Shown here in pieces: positions 41,122 through 50,825 of a DNA stretch of 64,000 nt. The stretch lies in NCBI GenBank assembly GCA_963829355.1, contig CAWHHZ010000001.1, forward strand, positions 214,964 to 278,963, given 5' to 3'. A program made the position numbers and the translations under genes. The notes below the pieces were generated by a model that worked only from the letters and a program-made list of their open reading frames with translations, was not told where the DNA came from and did not search any database. This stretch comes from an uncultured Acidobacteriota bacterium (lineage in GTDB: Bacteria; Acidobacteriota; Thermoanaerobaculia; Gp7-AA8; JAHWKK01). How positions within the stretch are numbered: the first letter of the stretch is position 1; each line of letters starts with the position of its first letter.

Positions 41122-41252
41122 GTCATCCTGAGCTGCCGGATCCCGCGAAGCGGGAGCAGGACGGTCGAAGGATCGCGGACTTTGCCGACTGTCAGGACGG
41201 AAAGAACGCGACAGTCAGGACGTACGCGATCCTTCGCTTCGCTCAGGATGAC
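41122..41252. repeat. GTCATCCTGAG-TIR element, full copy (~130 bp)
   Basis: gtcatcctgagctgccggatcccgcgaagcgg...ggacggtcgaaggatcgcg...gtcaggacg...cgctcaggatgac; about 90% identical to the copy at 45264. Confidence 0.6.
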
Positions 41253-41271
41253 AGTAGGTTCAAAGTGGTAT

Positions 41272-43731
41272 TCAGTCCTGCCCGGCCGGGGCGATGTGCA
41301 GGCCGATCTTCCAGATCAGGGCTTCCAATCGGGGATCGTTTCTGAGCGGGTCGACGGCAGGATCCACCTTCAGAGCAGTGACTCTGCTGGAACGCTCCCG
41401 CACGGCCCGGTCGAGCAACTGGAAAGCCTCGTCGTGTTCTCCGAGAGCCACGTGCACCAGGGCGATGTCGTACGGTGAAACGTAGCGATCCTCGTTCTCC
41501 CTGATGTTCTGGAGAATCTGGCGGGCCCGTGGCTCGTTTCCGGCCGCCGCGTAGGCGTACGCGAGCTCCGTTGACCGTTCCGGATCCCGGCCTGAGAGCC
41601 GCTCCGCCGTGGCGAACTCATCGATCGCCTCCTGAGCCAGCTCTCCTTTGAATGCGTAGGCCCATCCCAGCGATCTGTGGGCCTGCGGAAAGGCCGGATC
41701 GATCTGGATCGCGCTCTTGTAGTGGCTGATCGCCGCATTGTAATTTCTCGAGAGGAGATGAGGAGTCCCCTGTCCCGTTCGAAAGGAGATCGAGAGGGGG
41801 TCGAGAGATTGAGCCAGGTCGCGCTGCCTCATCGCTTCTCCGAAGTTTCCCATCAGCATGTACAAGCCGCCGCACCAGTATCTGGCCCTGGCGTTACTGG
41901 GATCGAGGTCAAACGCCTGCTGGCACTCCCGCACGGCGCTGCTCCAGTCCCAGTCGTAGTTCGACAGCGTGTAGGCAAGAGCAACGTGAGCACCCGATAG
42001 AGATGGGTCCAGCCGCAGCGCCTTGTTGGCGTACTCTTTCGCTGCCGGGAAAGCACCCTCCGGCGGAACCTCCGCATAACTGCCCAGCATGTTGTAGCAA
42101 TCCGCAAGACCAACGTATGCATCCGCGAAAGCGGGATCGACCTCGATTGCTCGGCGGAAGTGCCTGATCGCCTGATCACAGTTCCTGCGGTTGTCATGCA
42201 CCCAGAGGTACTGGCCCTTCAGATACTCGTCGTAGGCGGCTGGTTTGTCGGTTAAGCGCCGTGTCACCCGGTCTGCTTCTTCGCTCGAGAGCCGGAGCCG
42301 CAACTGGTTGGCGATGTCTCGAGAGACACTTTCCTGCACGATGAAGAGATCTGAGACCTTCCTCCTGTAGACATTTCCCCACACCTGCGTTCCGAGGCGA
42401 ACATCGACGACGTCGACCGAAACGCGGAGGTCGCTTCCCTCGTGCGCGATCGATCCCACCACCACGGCGTCGACGTCGAGAGCCTGACCAATCTCGCTCG
42501 GTGTCATTGAACTGCCGCGGTATTTGTCCATCGTGCTCCGGGCGAGAACACGAAGATTGGAGATTTGCGAGAGTCTTTGCGTGATCTCTTCGGTCAGGCC
42601 TACCGAGAGGTAGCTGGTCTGCGAATCCTCATTTTCGGTCTCGAACGGAACGATCGCGATCGAGTTGACCGGTCGCGGGATGCCGGAGAGGTAATGGACG
42701 AACAGAAGAGCCGCGACAAGGAGAATCGACGCTGTGATGATCTCCGGTCTCCGGGAGCGGACGAGTCCCCTCAGGCCGAACACGCTGCGGTTGCTCGGCC
42801 AGGAGGACGAAAAGCTCTGCGCCGCGCTCGCCGTACGCATCCGCGGAAACAGTGACGACCGCCGTTCATTGGCGAGACCGAGCTCGTTTCTGATATCGAG
42901 CAGGCGATCGAGGACCTCGGCGCTGCTCTGGATCCGATCGCCTCTCTCCTTTGCCATGGCGTCCCGAAGCAGAGCAAGCAGGGCCTCCGGTACATCGTCG
43001 CGAGAAGCGGTGATCGGTTCGGGCGGATCAAAGAGGATTGCCTTGACCGTATCTCCCCGGGTCTTGCGATTGAAAGGCGCCTGACCCGTCAGCATTTCGT
43101 GGATGAGCACCCCGAGACTGAATACGTCGGAGGACTGGTCGACGTCGAAGGTCAGGATCTGCTCCGGGGACATGTAGTTGAACGTTCCCATCACCATTCC
43201 GGGATCAGTGGGTGCTCCAGCTCCAGCCTGCCCCCCCTCGTCGCTCCGCAGCAAAAGCTTCGCGAGTCCGAAATCGAGAACCTTGATCAGCCCGTCGTCG
43301 CGCGCCATCACATTGTCCGGCTTGATGTCCCGATGCACCACCCCCGCCTCATGCGCCGCGACCAGGGCGGCTGCGACTCCGATCGCAACCTCGATCGTCT
43401 GTGGTACCGTGAGCGGACCGTCGTGAAGGATCTCGTGAATCGTTCTTCCCGAGACATACTCCTGGGCGATGAAGTGGTACCCGGACGACTCACCGATCTC
43501 ATGGATCGTGACGATGTTCGGGTGATTCAGAGCGGAAGCAGTGCGTGCTTCCAGTTTGAAACGCTGCAGATGATCTTCGTCACGAACAGCATTTTCCGTA
43601 AGGACCTTGAGGGCCACACGACGATCGAGTCTCGTGTCCTCAGCCAGATAAACATCTCCCATTCCGCCAGATCCAATCTTCTTCAGGATCCGGTAGTGAG
43701 AAATCTCCCCCGGTGTGTTCGAAACCGACAT
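41272..43731 (-). CDS. serine/threonine protein kinase with transmembrane segment and C-terminal TPR repeats
   Basis: GSGGMGDVYLA...ALK, HRDIKPDNVM, DFGLAK, APE; TM IITASILLVAALLFVHYL; TPR units at the C-terminus. Intact 819 aa. Confidence 0.85.
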   Translation of the reverse strand: MSVSNTPGEISHYRILKKIGSGGMGDVYLAEDTRLDRRVALKVLTENAVRDEDHLQRFKLEARTASALNHPNIVTIHEIGESSGYHFIAQEYVSGRTIHEILHDGPLTVPQTIEVAIGVAAALVAAHEAGVVHRDIKPDNVMARDDGLIKVLDFGLAKLLLRSDEGGQAGAGAPTDPGMVMGTFNYMSPEQILTFDVDQSSDVFSLGVLIHEMLTGQAPFNRKTRGDTVKAILFDPPEPITASRDDVPEALLALLRDAMAKERGDRIQSSAEVLDRLLDIRNELGLANERRSSLFPRMRTASAAQSFSSSWPSNRSVFGLRGLVRSRRPEIITASILLVAALLFVHYLSGIPRPVNSIAIVPFETENEDSQTSYLSVGLTEEITQRLSQISNLRVLARSTMDKYRGSSMTPSEIGQALDVDAVVVGSIAHEGSDLRVSVDVVDVRLGTQVWGNVYRRKVSDLFIVQESVSRDIANQLRLRLSSEEADRVTRRLTDKPAAYDEYLKGQYLWVHDNRRNCDQAIRHFRRAIEVDPAFADAYVGLADCYNMLGSYAEVPPEGAFPAAKEYANKALRLDPSLSGAHVALAYTLSNYDWDWSSAVRECQQAFDLDPSNARARYWCGGLYMLMGNFGEAMRQRDLAQSLDPLSISFRTGQGTPHLLSRNYNAAISHYKSAIQIDPAFPQAHRSLGWAYAFKGELAQEAIDEFATAERLSGRDPERSTELAYAYAAAGNEPRARQILQNIRENEDRYVSPYDIALVHVALGEHDEAFQLLDRAVRERSSRVTALKVDPAVDPLRNDPRLEALIWKIGLHIAPAGQD

Positions 43732-43822
43732 TTCCTTTTGATGACGCTGGACGGAACCGAGACTGCTCCGCCTTCCTGATCAAGGCACGAGACTTGTTGA
43801 GGCTAAAATAGCGCGAATTGCC

Positions 43823-44632
43823 ATGACAGACAATTTTGTAGCTGTAGCGACTGAAGCCGCCAGAGCCGGAGCCGGAATTCTTCTCGGTTACTGGCAGAAC
43901 CTCGGCCAGGAAGATGCTGACACCAAAGCGAGAAATGACTGGGTCTCGCGGGCTGACCGCGAATCCGAGTCGAAGATCATCGAGGTCATCCGAAAGTCAC
44001 ATCCGGACGACTCCATTCTCGGCGAAGAGAGCGGGGCGTCGACGACTGGAACGAGTGGCCGGACCTGGATCATCGATCCGCTCGACGGCACCTCGAACTA
44101 CCTGAGGCACTTCCCGTTCTGGTCGATCTCCATCGCCCTGAGGCAGGGAGAAGAAATGATCGGGGGACTCGTCTTCGAGCCCCTGCGGGACGAATGGTTC
44201 GTGGCCCGGAAGGGCGGCGGTACACTGCGCAACGGTGAACGCGTTCATGTGGCGGATCAGCCGGGTCTCGACGGAGCCTTCATCGCCACAGGCTTTCCGT
44301 TCAGAGCTCTCAAATACCTCGACGACTACATGGGCGTGTTCCGGGACGTCGTGGCCACTGCCAAAGGCGTACGCCGTGCCGGATCAGCAGCTCTGGACCT
44401 GGCCTACACCTCGGCCGGAATCTTCGACGGATTCTTCGAGCTCCACCTCGCACCGTGGGACATCGCCGCAGGCGGTCTCCTCGTTCGAGAGGCGGGCGGC
44501 ATCGTCAGCGATTTCTCCGGTGGCGAGCAGTTCTGGGAGTCCGGTAACATCGTCGGAGCCTCACCCGGCGTGCATCGAGAGCTGGTCGATATCATCGGCC
44601 GCCACACCTCGGAGGGACGCCTGCAGGTTTGA
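43823..44632 (+). CDS. inositol monophosphatase family protein (SuhB-like)
   Basis: WIIDPLDGTSNY...motifs of the IMPase family. Confidence 0.85.
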   Translation: MTDNFVAVATEAARAGAGILLGYWQNLGQEDADTKARNDWVSRADRESESKIIEVIRKSHPDDSILGEESGASTTGTSGRTWIIDPLDGTSNYLRHFPFWSISIALRQGEEMIGGLVFEPLRDEWFVARKGGGTLRNGERVHVADQPGLDGAFIATGFPFRALKYLDDYMGVFRDVVATAKGVRRAGSAALDLAYTSAGIFDGFFELHLAPWDIAAGGLLVREAGGIVSDFSGGEQFWESGNIVGASPGVHRELVDIIGRHTSEGRLQV

Positions 44633-45242
44633 GCGAACCGGTACTCCCCCGCGAGTTCTATCAGCAGGAGACTGTGGCACTCTCCCGATCTCTTCTCGGA
44701 TGCGTGCTGCACCGCAGAGTTGGCTCGACGACCGTGAGCGGCATCATCGTCGAGACCGAAGCGTACCTCGGCGCGAATGACCCCGCCAGCCATGCCCGAC
44801 GAGGCCTCCGCAGCGCCAGGAATGAGTCGATGTACAAGGCCGGCGGTCACGCCTACGTCTACTTCACGTACGGCATGTATCACTGCATGAATGTCGTGGG
44901 TGGCGAGCCAGACATCGCCGAAGCGGTTCTGTTGAGAGCGATCGAACCGCTCAGTGGAATCGAGATCATGCGACAGAACCGGCCGACGGCGAAGAAAGAT
45001 CGGGATCTGTGCAACGGTCCAGGAAAGTTGTGCATGGCGATGAGCATCGACCGTCGATCTCGACGGCGTGGGTCTCGATTCGAAGCTTCTGTATCTGACG
45101 GGCAGAAGGGAGCCGGTGGACGAGGAGCAGATCGGTATATCGCCCCGGATCGGCATCGATGGGAGTGGTCACGCCGCCGCATGGCCGCTGAGGTTTTTCA
45201 TCAAGAGCAGCCCGTTCCTATCGCGACGCGACCGGGTTTGAT
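44629..45242 (+). CDS. DNA-3-methyladenine glycosylase (Mpg/AAG family), frameshift near 45045
   Basis: GIIVETEAYLG...HAYVYFTYGMYHCMNVV; the C-terminus continues in the +1 frame (VDLDGVGLDSKLLYLTG...IGISPRIGID) to TGA near 45240. Confidence 0.7.
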
Positions 45243-45263
45243 GGACCGGAAGGAAACCCGGCT

Positions 45264-45435
45264 GTCATCCTGAGCCGCCGCAGCGCAGCGGAGGACGGTC
45301 GAAGGATCGCGTACTTTACCGACTGTCAGGACGGAAAGTACGCGACAGTCAGGACGTACCCGATCCTTCGCAGCGCTCAGAGGCTGTGAAAGAATCCAGC
45401 GTACCCTGGATTTTTTCACAGCCTCTCAGGATGAC
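45264..45435. repeat. GTCATCCTGAG-TIR element with an extra internal hairpin insert
   Basis: Both TIRs are intact. The right TIR cTCAggatgac supplies the stop codon of the minus-strand thioesterase. Confidence 0.6.
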
Positions 45436-45821
45436 TTTTGCTTGTCGAAACGAGACGTGGTCAGAACGAAATCACAGGTCGACGTTGCGACGAGCTTCAC
45501 GTCCTCGTCGTACATCTCCACGTATCCGACGCACACCTTTGCGCCCTTCTTCAGAATCCGGGCGTCTGCCACGATCCGGCTTTTCGCCCGTCGAAGAAAG
45601 TGGATGGAGAGATTGGACGTCGCGAATCCCATCTTCCCGTCGAAGTTGGTCGAGAGGGCGCAGGCGACGGCCGTATCAGCAAGCATCGAGAGGACGCCGC
45701 CGTGAATACTGCCGCCGCCGTTATCGAACTGCGTGAGGAAATCGATGGCGAGGCGAGCGTGATCGAGCTCGAGATCAGTGATCTCGAAGTGAAGGTATCG
45801 CTGACTCTGCTCTCTCATCAA
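45426..45821 (-). CDS. PaaI/4HBT-family hotdog-fold thioesterase
   Basis: GGGSIHGGVLSMLADTA motif; 131 aa. Confidence 0.8.
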   Translation of the reverse strand: MMREQSQRYLHFEITDLELDHARLAIDFLTQFDNGGGSIHGGVLSMLADTAVACALSTNFDGKMGFATSNLSIHFLRRAKSRIVADARILKKGAKVCVGYVEMYDEDVKLVATSTCDFVLTTSRFDKQKSS

Positions 45822-45869
45822 ATCGTGCGCGAAGCCGGTCGATCAGATCTGGAGAGATCGATCTGGTGC

Positions 45870-46172
45870 TCACCGGAAGATCGACATCACGCGCTTGACC
45901 ACACCCTGTTCCTTCTCGACGAGCTGTTCGACTTCGCCGGCATCGAACCAGGTTCCGTGACACGACACGCAGCGATCCAGCTCGATGCCCTGAAGCTCGA
46001 AGTGAGAAAGCTCCATGCCGCACTTCGGGCATCTCATGTGGTGCAGTTCCCTGAGACGCTCTTTCTCTTCCGCCGCCATCTTTGTCTCGCGCTCGCGGGC
46101 CCACTGCTTCCGCCGCTCGAGCTCCTCCCTGGCGAAATACTCCTCTTCTGTTTCACTTGGTTTCTTCATCAC
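45870..46172 (-). CDS. zinc-ribbon protein (zf-TFIIB-like)
   Basis: CPKCGMEL...CVSCHGTWFD; charged N-terminal helix. Confidence 0.6.
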   Translation of the reverse strand: MMKKPSETEEEYFAREELERRKQWARERETKMAAEEKERLRELHHMRCPKCGMELSHFELQGIELDRCVSCHGTWFDAGEVEQLVEKEQGVVKRVMSIFR

Positions 46173-46249
46173 GAAGATTTCTCCTTGAGACGTAAAGCGC
46201 GAACGCCCGGCGGTGCGAGAGCGGATGGACGACGCTCCGCCCCACGGCT

Positions 46250-46795
46250 CTAGCGAACCGGAGCGAATACGGGGATCTTTTTCTCCGCGAGAGCAAACGC
46301 GCCGAACAGGAGGCCGGAGAACAGCAGGTCACCCGCGATCGTGTTCCCGAAGAACGGGACCGCAGCGACGTAGCAGGTCACCAAACCCTCGAACGAGATC
46401 GGATACATTCCGGACGTGGCCCAGACGGCAAAGTTCGTCACGATGAAGAAGATCGACGATGCCACGAGGGAGCCACCGATCACCGAGCTTGCGCCCACAC
46501 CCATGCGGCGGATCACGAGTCCCACCGGAACCGTCAGGACGAGAGCCATGTAGATCACGGGTAGAGTCGCATGAAATCCGTTACCCGTCGTCAGTTCGAG
46601 CAGCGAGTCGCTGAGAAGCATCGCACCGAGCGGGAGCAGGAACGCAAGACTCTTTCGTCCGTAACGTGCACCGGCGAAGAGTGCGAGCGCACCGAGCGGT
46701 GTGAAATTCGGCGGGTGTGGCACGAGTCGCAGCAGTGCGGCTCCAAACACGAGGCCGGTAATCAGCCAGAGTCTGGCTTTGGTGTTTTCGGTCAT
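46250..46795 (-). CDS. polytopic membrane protein of unknown function
   Basis: Five to six predicted TM helices; start taken at MTENTKARLWLITGLVF. Confidence 0.5.
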   Translation of the reverse strand: MTENTKARLWLITGLVFGAALLRLVPHPPNFTPLGALALFAGARYGRKSLAFLLPLGAMLLSDSLLELTTGNGFHATLPVIYMALVLTVPVGLVIRRMGVGASSVIGGSLVASSIFFIVTNFAVWATSGMYPISFEGLVTCYVAAVPFFGNTIAGDLLFSGLLFGAFALAEKKIPVFAPVR

Positions 46796-46839
46796 GATGT
46801 CCTCCATCTTGTCTAATCGGCTAACACGCGGGATTTCTT

Positions 46840-48658
46840 TCAACGAATATACCTCACACCGACAATTGTCCGGCGGGAGGGTGCAGGGTATCCGAGAACT
46901 TCTTCATACTCCTCGTCGAGCAGGTTCTCGAATCTTCAGATACGGGGTGAGACCAGAGCGATGACCCATCCTGAGATCCATGTCCACAACGGTGTACGCA
47001 TCATTCGTCACGCGCCCGAAGGGGAAGGCGGACTGGAAATCGGCCCGATCACCGGAGTAAAGAGCGCTGATAAGCCCGGCGAACACTCCCCGCTCCCAGC
47101 CGATCGACAACGCTCCGCTCTGTTCCGGACGGCGCAACAACTCGAGGCCCGTGGCGCGGTCCTCGGTGTCGAGGATCGTCCAGGAACCGTCGATGCGCAC
47201 CATGCCAGCTCTCACGGATCCGCCGAGCTCGAGTCCGCTCGTCACGGCACTGCCGACATTCGCGAGCCGGTTCGAAACCGGATCGAATACGATCAGATCG
47301 TCGATGTCGTTGTGAAACCAGGTGAGGGAGACGCGGCTGGAATCACCCGTCCAGTCGAGCCCGGCTTCCCAGCTCTGCGACGTTTCGGCTCCGAGCTCCG
47401 CATTACCGTAGAACGGATAGTAGAGATCACCGACGGAGGGGGCGCGAAAGGCTTCTCCGTAGGCGACGCGTCCTCGAATGCGGCCCAGGGAGAGCCCGCC
47501 ACTGATTCTCGGGTGAGGTCTCCGCGCCGAACTCTTCGTAGTTGTCGTAGCGCAGTCCTGCCGCAACCTCGAGAGCCGCCGTCCCTAAGGTGGCGGAGAA
47601 CCGGTCCTCGATGAAAACGGCTTTCGACTGACGCTCGTCGCCATCCAGATTCGTTCCGAAGAGAGTTTCATCCGTCACCGAAGAGTCTCGAGCTCTCCTC
47701 CCGCCACGATGGTGCCGGCAGCCGTATCGAATCTTCCCGTCACCGACAACCGCTCGCTCTGCGAATCGGTTTCGCTGGCGATCGGCCCGAATGTACCGAA
47801 CGGATCACTGAAGTCGATCTGGTGCCCGGTCCGCGAGAGCGTCGCGTCCCACACCCCGAAACCGCTGACGATGGTGACCGGGACAGCGATCTGGAGCTCG
47901 CCTCCGTCCTGTCGACGCTCGAGCGAAGGCTGGCCCTGATCGAAGGGAATCCCCAGTTCGTAGTCGTTGAATCTTCCTGACGCGCCGAGAGAGATGTTGT
48001 CGCGGGGGCTCCATCGCAGCGAGCTGACCACAGAGAACTGGCGGAAGTCATCATTATCGAAGAAGCCGTCGTCCTCACGCGCTTCCACGGCGAGATCAGC
48101 GCTCAATCCGGTCCATACGCCCGTCGCCTCCAGCCGGCCGTTGAGAAGTCCACGCTCGCCGACCTGAAGGTCGGATGCGATGCCCGGCCTTCTCGCGCCA
48201 GTGAGGACATTAATGACACCCCCCACTGCGTCGGCCCCATACAGGGAAGAGAACGGTCCTCGCACCACCTCGACCTTCTCGACCCCCACGCTCGAGAACT
48301 GGCCCCAGTCATAGCCTGAAAAATACGGGTTGTTGATTTCGATTCCGTTCCAGAGGACCAGGGTCTGCGCCGAGTTGACGCCACGGGTGAAAAGCGAAGT
48401 CTGCCGTCCCGATGAGCCGGATCTGCTCAGCGACAACCCCGGGACTCCTCGAAGGACCTCCTCCAGGTTGAGAGCGTTCTGCCGTTCGATCTCTTCTCTG
48501 GTGATGATGGTGACGGAAGCCGGCGTGTCCTCCGCGTTCTCGACGATGGCGGAGGCGGTGACGACGACCTCTTCCTCGAAGACCTCACCGGCTGATTGCT
48601 GGCCGAGAATGGGGAGGGTACAGAGGGTGAGTGACAGGGTGAGACGACACAGCCGCAT
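46840..48658 (-). CDS. TonB-dependent outer-membrane receptor (BtuB-like), fragmented by at least 3 frameshifts
   Basis: Signal peptide MRLCRLTLSLTLCTLPILGQQ. TonB box and plug (DTPASVTIITREEIE...FTRGVNSAQTLVLWNGIEINN). C-terminal ...NLLDEEYEEVLGYPA...VRYIR* recovered by frame change. Preceded by a cobalamin riboswitch. Confidence 0.7.
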
Positions 48659-48751
48659 GAGAGCTCCTTTCGCTTCCCACCGAAGCGCGTTGTGGGACCG
48701 GGAAGCTCGCGTCTGCGCGGAACCGCTCCCATGACCCGAAGGAATGTGAAC

Positions 48752-48922
48752 CGTGTGAGGCAGCCGGTCTCCTGACTCCCGAATCATCCTCCTCGAAGCA
48801 CCCTTCCCGGATAACTTCTCCAGTGGGGATCGCCGCTCGCGCGGTTGATCAGCTTCGATTCGTCATCGGTCACAGTGGCGGGGGCCGTGTCGGACTTGCA
48901 CCGACTTCCCGTGCACCACCTC
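48752..48922 (-). promoter_or_regulatory. cobalamin (AdoCbl) riboswitch
   Basis: Minus-strand RNA GGUGCACGGGAAGUCGGUGCAAGUCCGACACGGCCCCCGCCACUGUGA...CCCACUGG...GGGAAGGG...GAGUCAGGAGACCGGCUGCC carries the conserved core and B12 box; ~95 nt upstream of the TBDR ATG. Confidence 0.8.
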
Positions 48923-48994
48923 ACGAAGGTGTAAAAGAACAGATCGGCGATTGTAGCAGAGAGGGAAGGCTGAGGTAACGCCTCCGGCGTTTCT

Positions 48995-50083
48995 TCAGCG
49001 GATGATGTTGATGTCGAGAGAGATATTCAGGCGGATCTTGCGGTGCCTCTGCAGCTCGTCGAGGGAGAGGTTCAGGGGGATCGTCACTTCCTTGACGAGA
49101 CCGTCGAACTGGCGCCGCTCGCTCTGCTGCTCGAGTCGCGGGAGCGAGTTGAGAATCTGATCCGGCAGCGGAATCTCCACGGAACCGAGCGGAACCTCCG
49201 CTTCCTCATGACCGTCGGTCTCGAAGCCCGAGAAAGAAGCATCAAAGCCTGAAGAGGGAGCCGTCGAACCAACATCCGCGGTTGCGTCAAGGAGCTCAGT
49301 TTCGACGATAGGTGCCTCCTGATCGGCCGCATCGTCGATCGTGAAAGTGGAGTCGTCCTCCTGCCTTCCCGGTGACGATGCCTCCGTCACGAGCACATCG
49401 TCCCACACGGACTCTTCCTGCTGCTGCCGGTCGTCGTCCGCAACACGTGCGTCGAGAACTTTGATCTCCTTCTCCAGAGGCTCTTTCCCCTGAAGACCGT
49501 ACTTCTTGATCAGGTGGGACAGAACCAACCGGGTGGCTCCCTTGAGAGTCTCTTCGACTCCGAGCCCCGTCGTCGCGACCGACTCGAATGACGGCACCCC
49601 GAGCTTGTTGACCTCACGCTCGAGCTCCTCGACAGGCAGCGCGTTCGGGAGGTCGCGCTTGTTGTACTGAAGCACGAGCGGAATGTCGCGGATCCTGATC
49701 CCCTGCTTCCGCAGATTGTCCTCGAGGTTCTGGAGACTCTCGGTATTCGCGTCGAGCGCGAAGTCCTGACTGTCGACGACGAACACCACACCGTCAGCGC
49801 CCTTGAGGACGAGCTGTCTCGTCGAGTTGTAGTAGACCTGACCGGGAACGGTATAGAGCTGGAGTTTCGTTCTCATCCCGCGGATCGTGCCGAGGTCGAG
49901 CGGGAGAAAGTCGAAGAAGAGCGTGCGGTCCGTCTTGGTGGCCAGCGAGAGCATCTTGCTCTTGTTGTTTGACGGCAGCGAGTCGTAGATGAACTGCAGG
50001 TTGGTCGTCTTCCCGCAGAGACCCGGGCCGTAGTAAACGACCTTTGCGGTGATCTCTTTGGTCGCGTAGTTGAAGAGGACCAT
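48995..50083 (-). CDS. mglA: MglA-like Ras-family small GTPase with ~165-aa acidic C-terminal extension
   Basis: Close match to the MglA N-terminus (KVVYYGPGLCGKTTNLQFIY...TDRTLFFDFLPL...YTVPGQ...QYNKRDLPNA); total 362 aa. Confidence 0.8.
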   Translation of the reverse strand: MVLFNYATKEITAKVVYYGPGLCGKTTNLQFIYDSLPSNNKSKMLSLATKTDRTLFFDFLPLDLGTIRGMRTKLQLYTVPGQVYYNSTRQLVLKGADGVVFVVDSQDFALDANTESLQNLEDNLRKQGIRIRDIPLVLQYNKRDLPNALPVEELEREVNKLGVPSFESVATTGLGVEETLKGATRLVLSHLIKKYGLQGKEPLEKEIKVLDARVADDDRQQQEESVWDDVLVTEASSPGRQEDDSTFTIDDAADQEAPIVETELLDATADVGSTAPSSGFDASFSGFETDGHEEAEVPLGSVEIPLPDQILNSLPRLEQQSERRQFDGLVKEVTIPLNLSLDELQRHRKIRLNISLDINIIR

Positions 50084-50247
50084 ACGCAGGGCAGATTATC
50101 GGAGGGGTTGACAGGTGTCAACGAAACAGATCTTCCGGCCCGATCGCCCGGCTGCGGCGGGCTGCGGCACGTCCCGACGGATCGGCGTGAGCGTGCCTCA
50201 AGCGCGACGAAATTTCATCGCTTTCATGCTCTGTTGGAGACCGGCAC

Positions 50248-50340
50248 GGAGGAGTGGCAGAGCGGTTGAATGCAGCGGTCTTGAAAACCGCCGTGCCGGT
50301 GACCCCGGCACCGTGGGTTCGAATCCCACCTCCTCCGCCA
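50248..50340 (+). tRNA. tRNA-Ser (anticodon TGA), CCA encoded
   Basis: Acceptor GGAGGAG/CTCCTCC, anticodon loop CTTGAAA, long variable arm, T-loop GGTTCGAAT. Confidence 0.85.
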
Positions 50341-50356
50341 GTTGAGAATGCCTCAT

Positions 50357-50490
50357 GTCATCCTGAGCCGCCGGATCCCGCGAAGCGGAAGGAGGACGGT
50401 CGAAGGATCGCGTGGAGTCATACTCACCCCGAGTTTTCTTCGGAATCCAAGTCGAGTCAGCCCGTACGCGATCCTTCGCTTCGCTGCTAA
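50357..50490. repeat. GTCATCCTGAG-TIR element (degenerate right end) 16 nt after the tRNA
   Basis: gtcatcctgagccgccggatcccgcgaagcgg...ggacggtcgaaggatcgcg is shared with the copies at 41122 and 45264. Confidence 0.5.
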
Positions 50491-50524
50491 TGAACCCTTC
50501 GTAAAGTGCTGAAAACGATAGGTC

Positions 50525-50596
50525 GTCATCCTGACAAGGTTCATTTCTGCTTCACTGGTGACAGCGAAGCGGCGACATTCCCCCGCTCAGGATGAC
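50525..50596. repeat. short GTCATCCTGAG-TIR element
   Basis: gtcatcctgacaagg...gacattcccccgctcaggatgac. Confidence 0.5.
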
Positions 50597-50670
50597 ATCC
50601 TGGGCAATTTCGAGGGTCTCGGCTGGGAATGTTGGTACACTACCTTTGTTTGGAGTCTGGGCACGCTCGC

Positions 50671-50763
50671 GGAGAGATGGGAGAGCGGCTTAATCCAGCG
50701 GTTTGCTAAACCGCCGTACTGATAACCTCAGTACCGAGGGTTCGAATCCCTCTCTCTCCGCCA
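50671..50763 (+). tRNA. tRNA-Ser (anticodon GCT), CCA encoded
   Basis: Acceptor GGAGAGA/TCTCTCC, anticodon loop TTGCTAA, long variable arm, T-loop GGTTCGAAT. Confidence 0.85.
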
Positions 50764-50825
50764 CTTTGTTCCCTGGCCGGCGCGGCATGACTCCCCCGCG
50801 CGGAACCGATCGGTGGCGGGGGCTT

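Noticed and set aside
50248-50340. Possible tRNA-Sec to accompany the UGA-containing peroxiredoxin
   Set aside because: The anticodon reads 5'-UGA-3' (decodes UCA, Ser), not UCA, and the acceptor/T-stems are the standard 7/5, so it is an ordinary tRNA-Ser.
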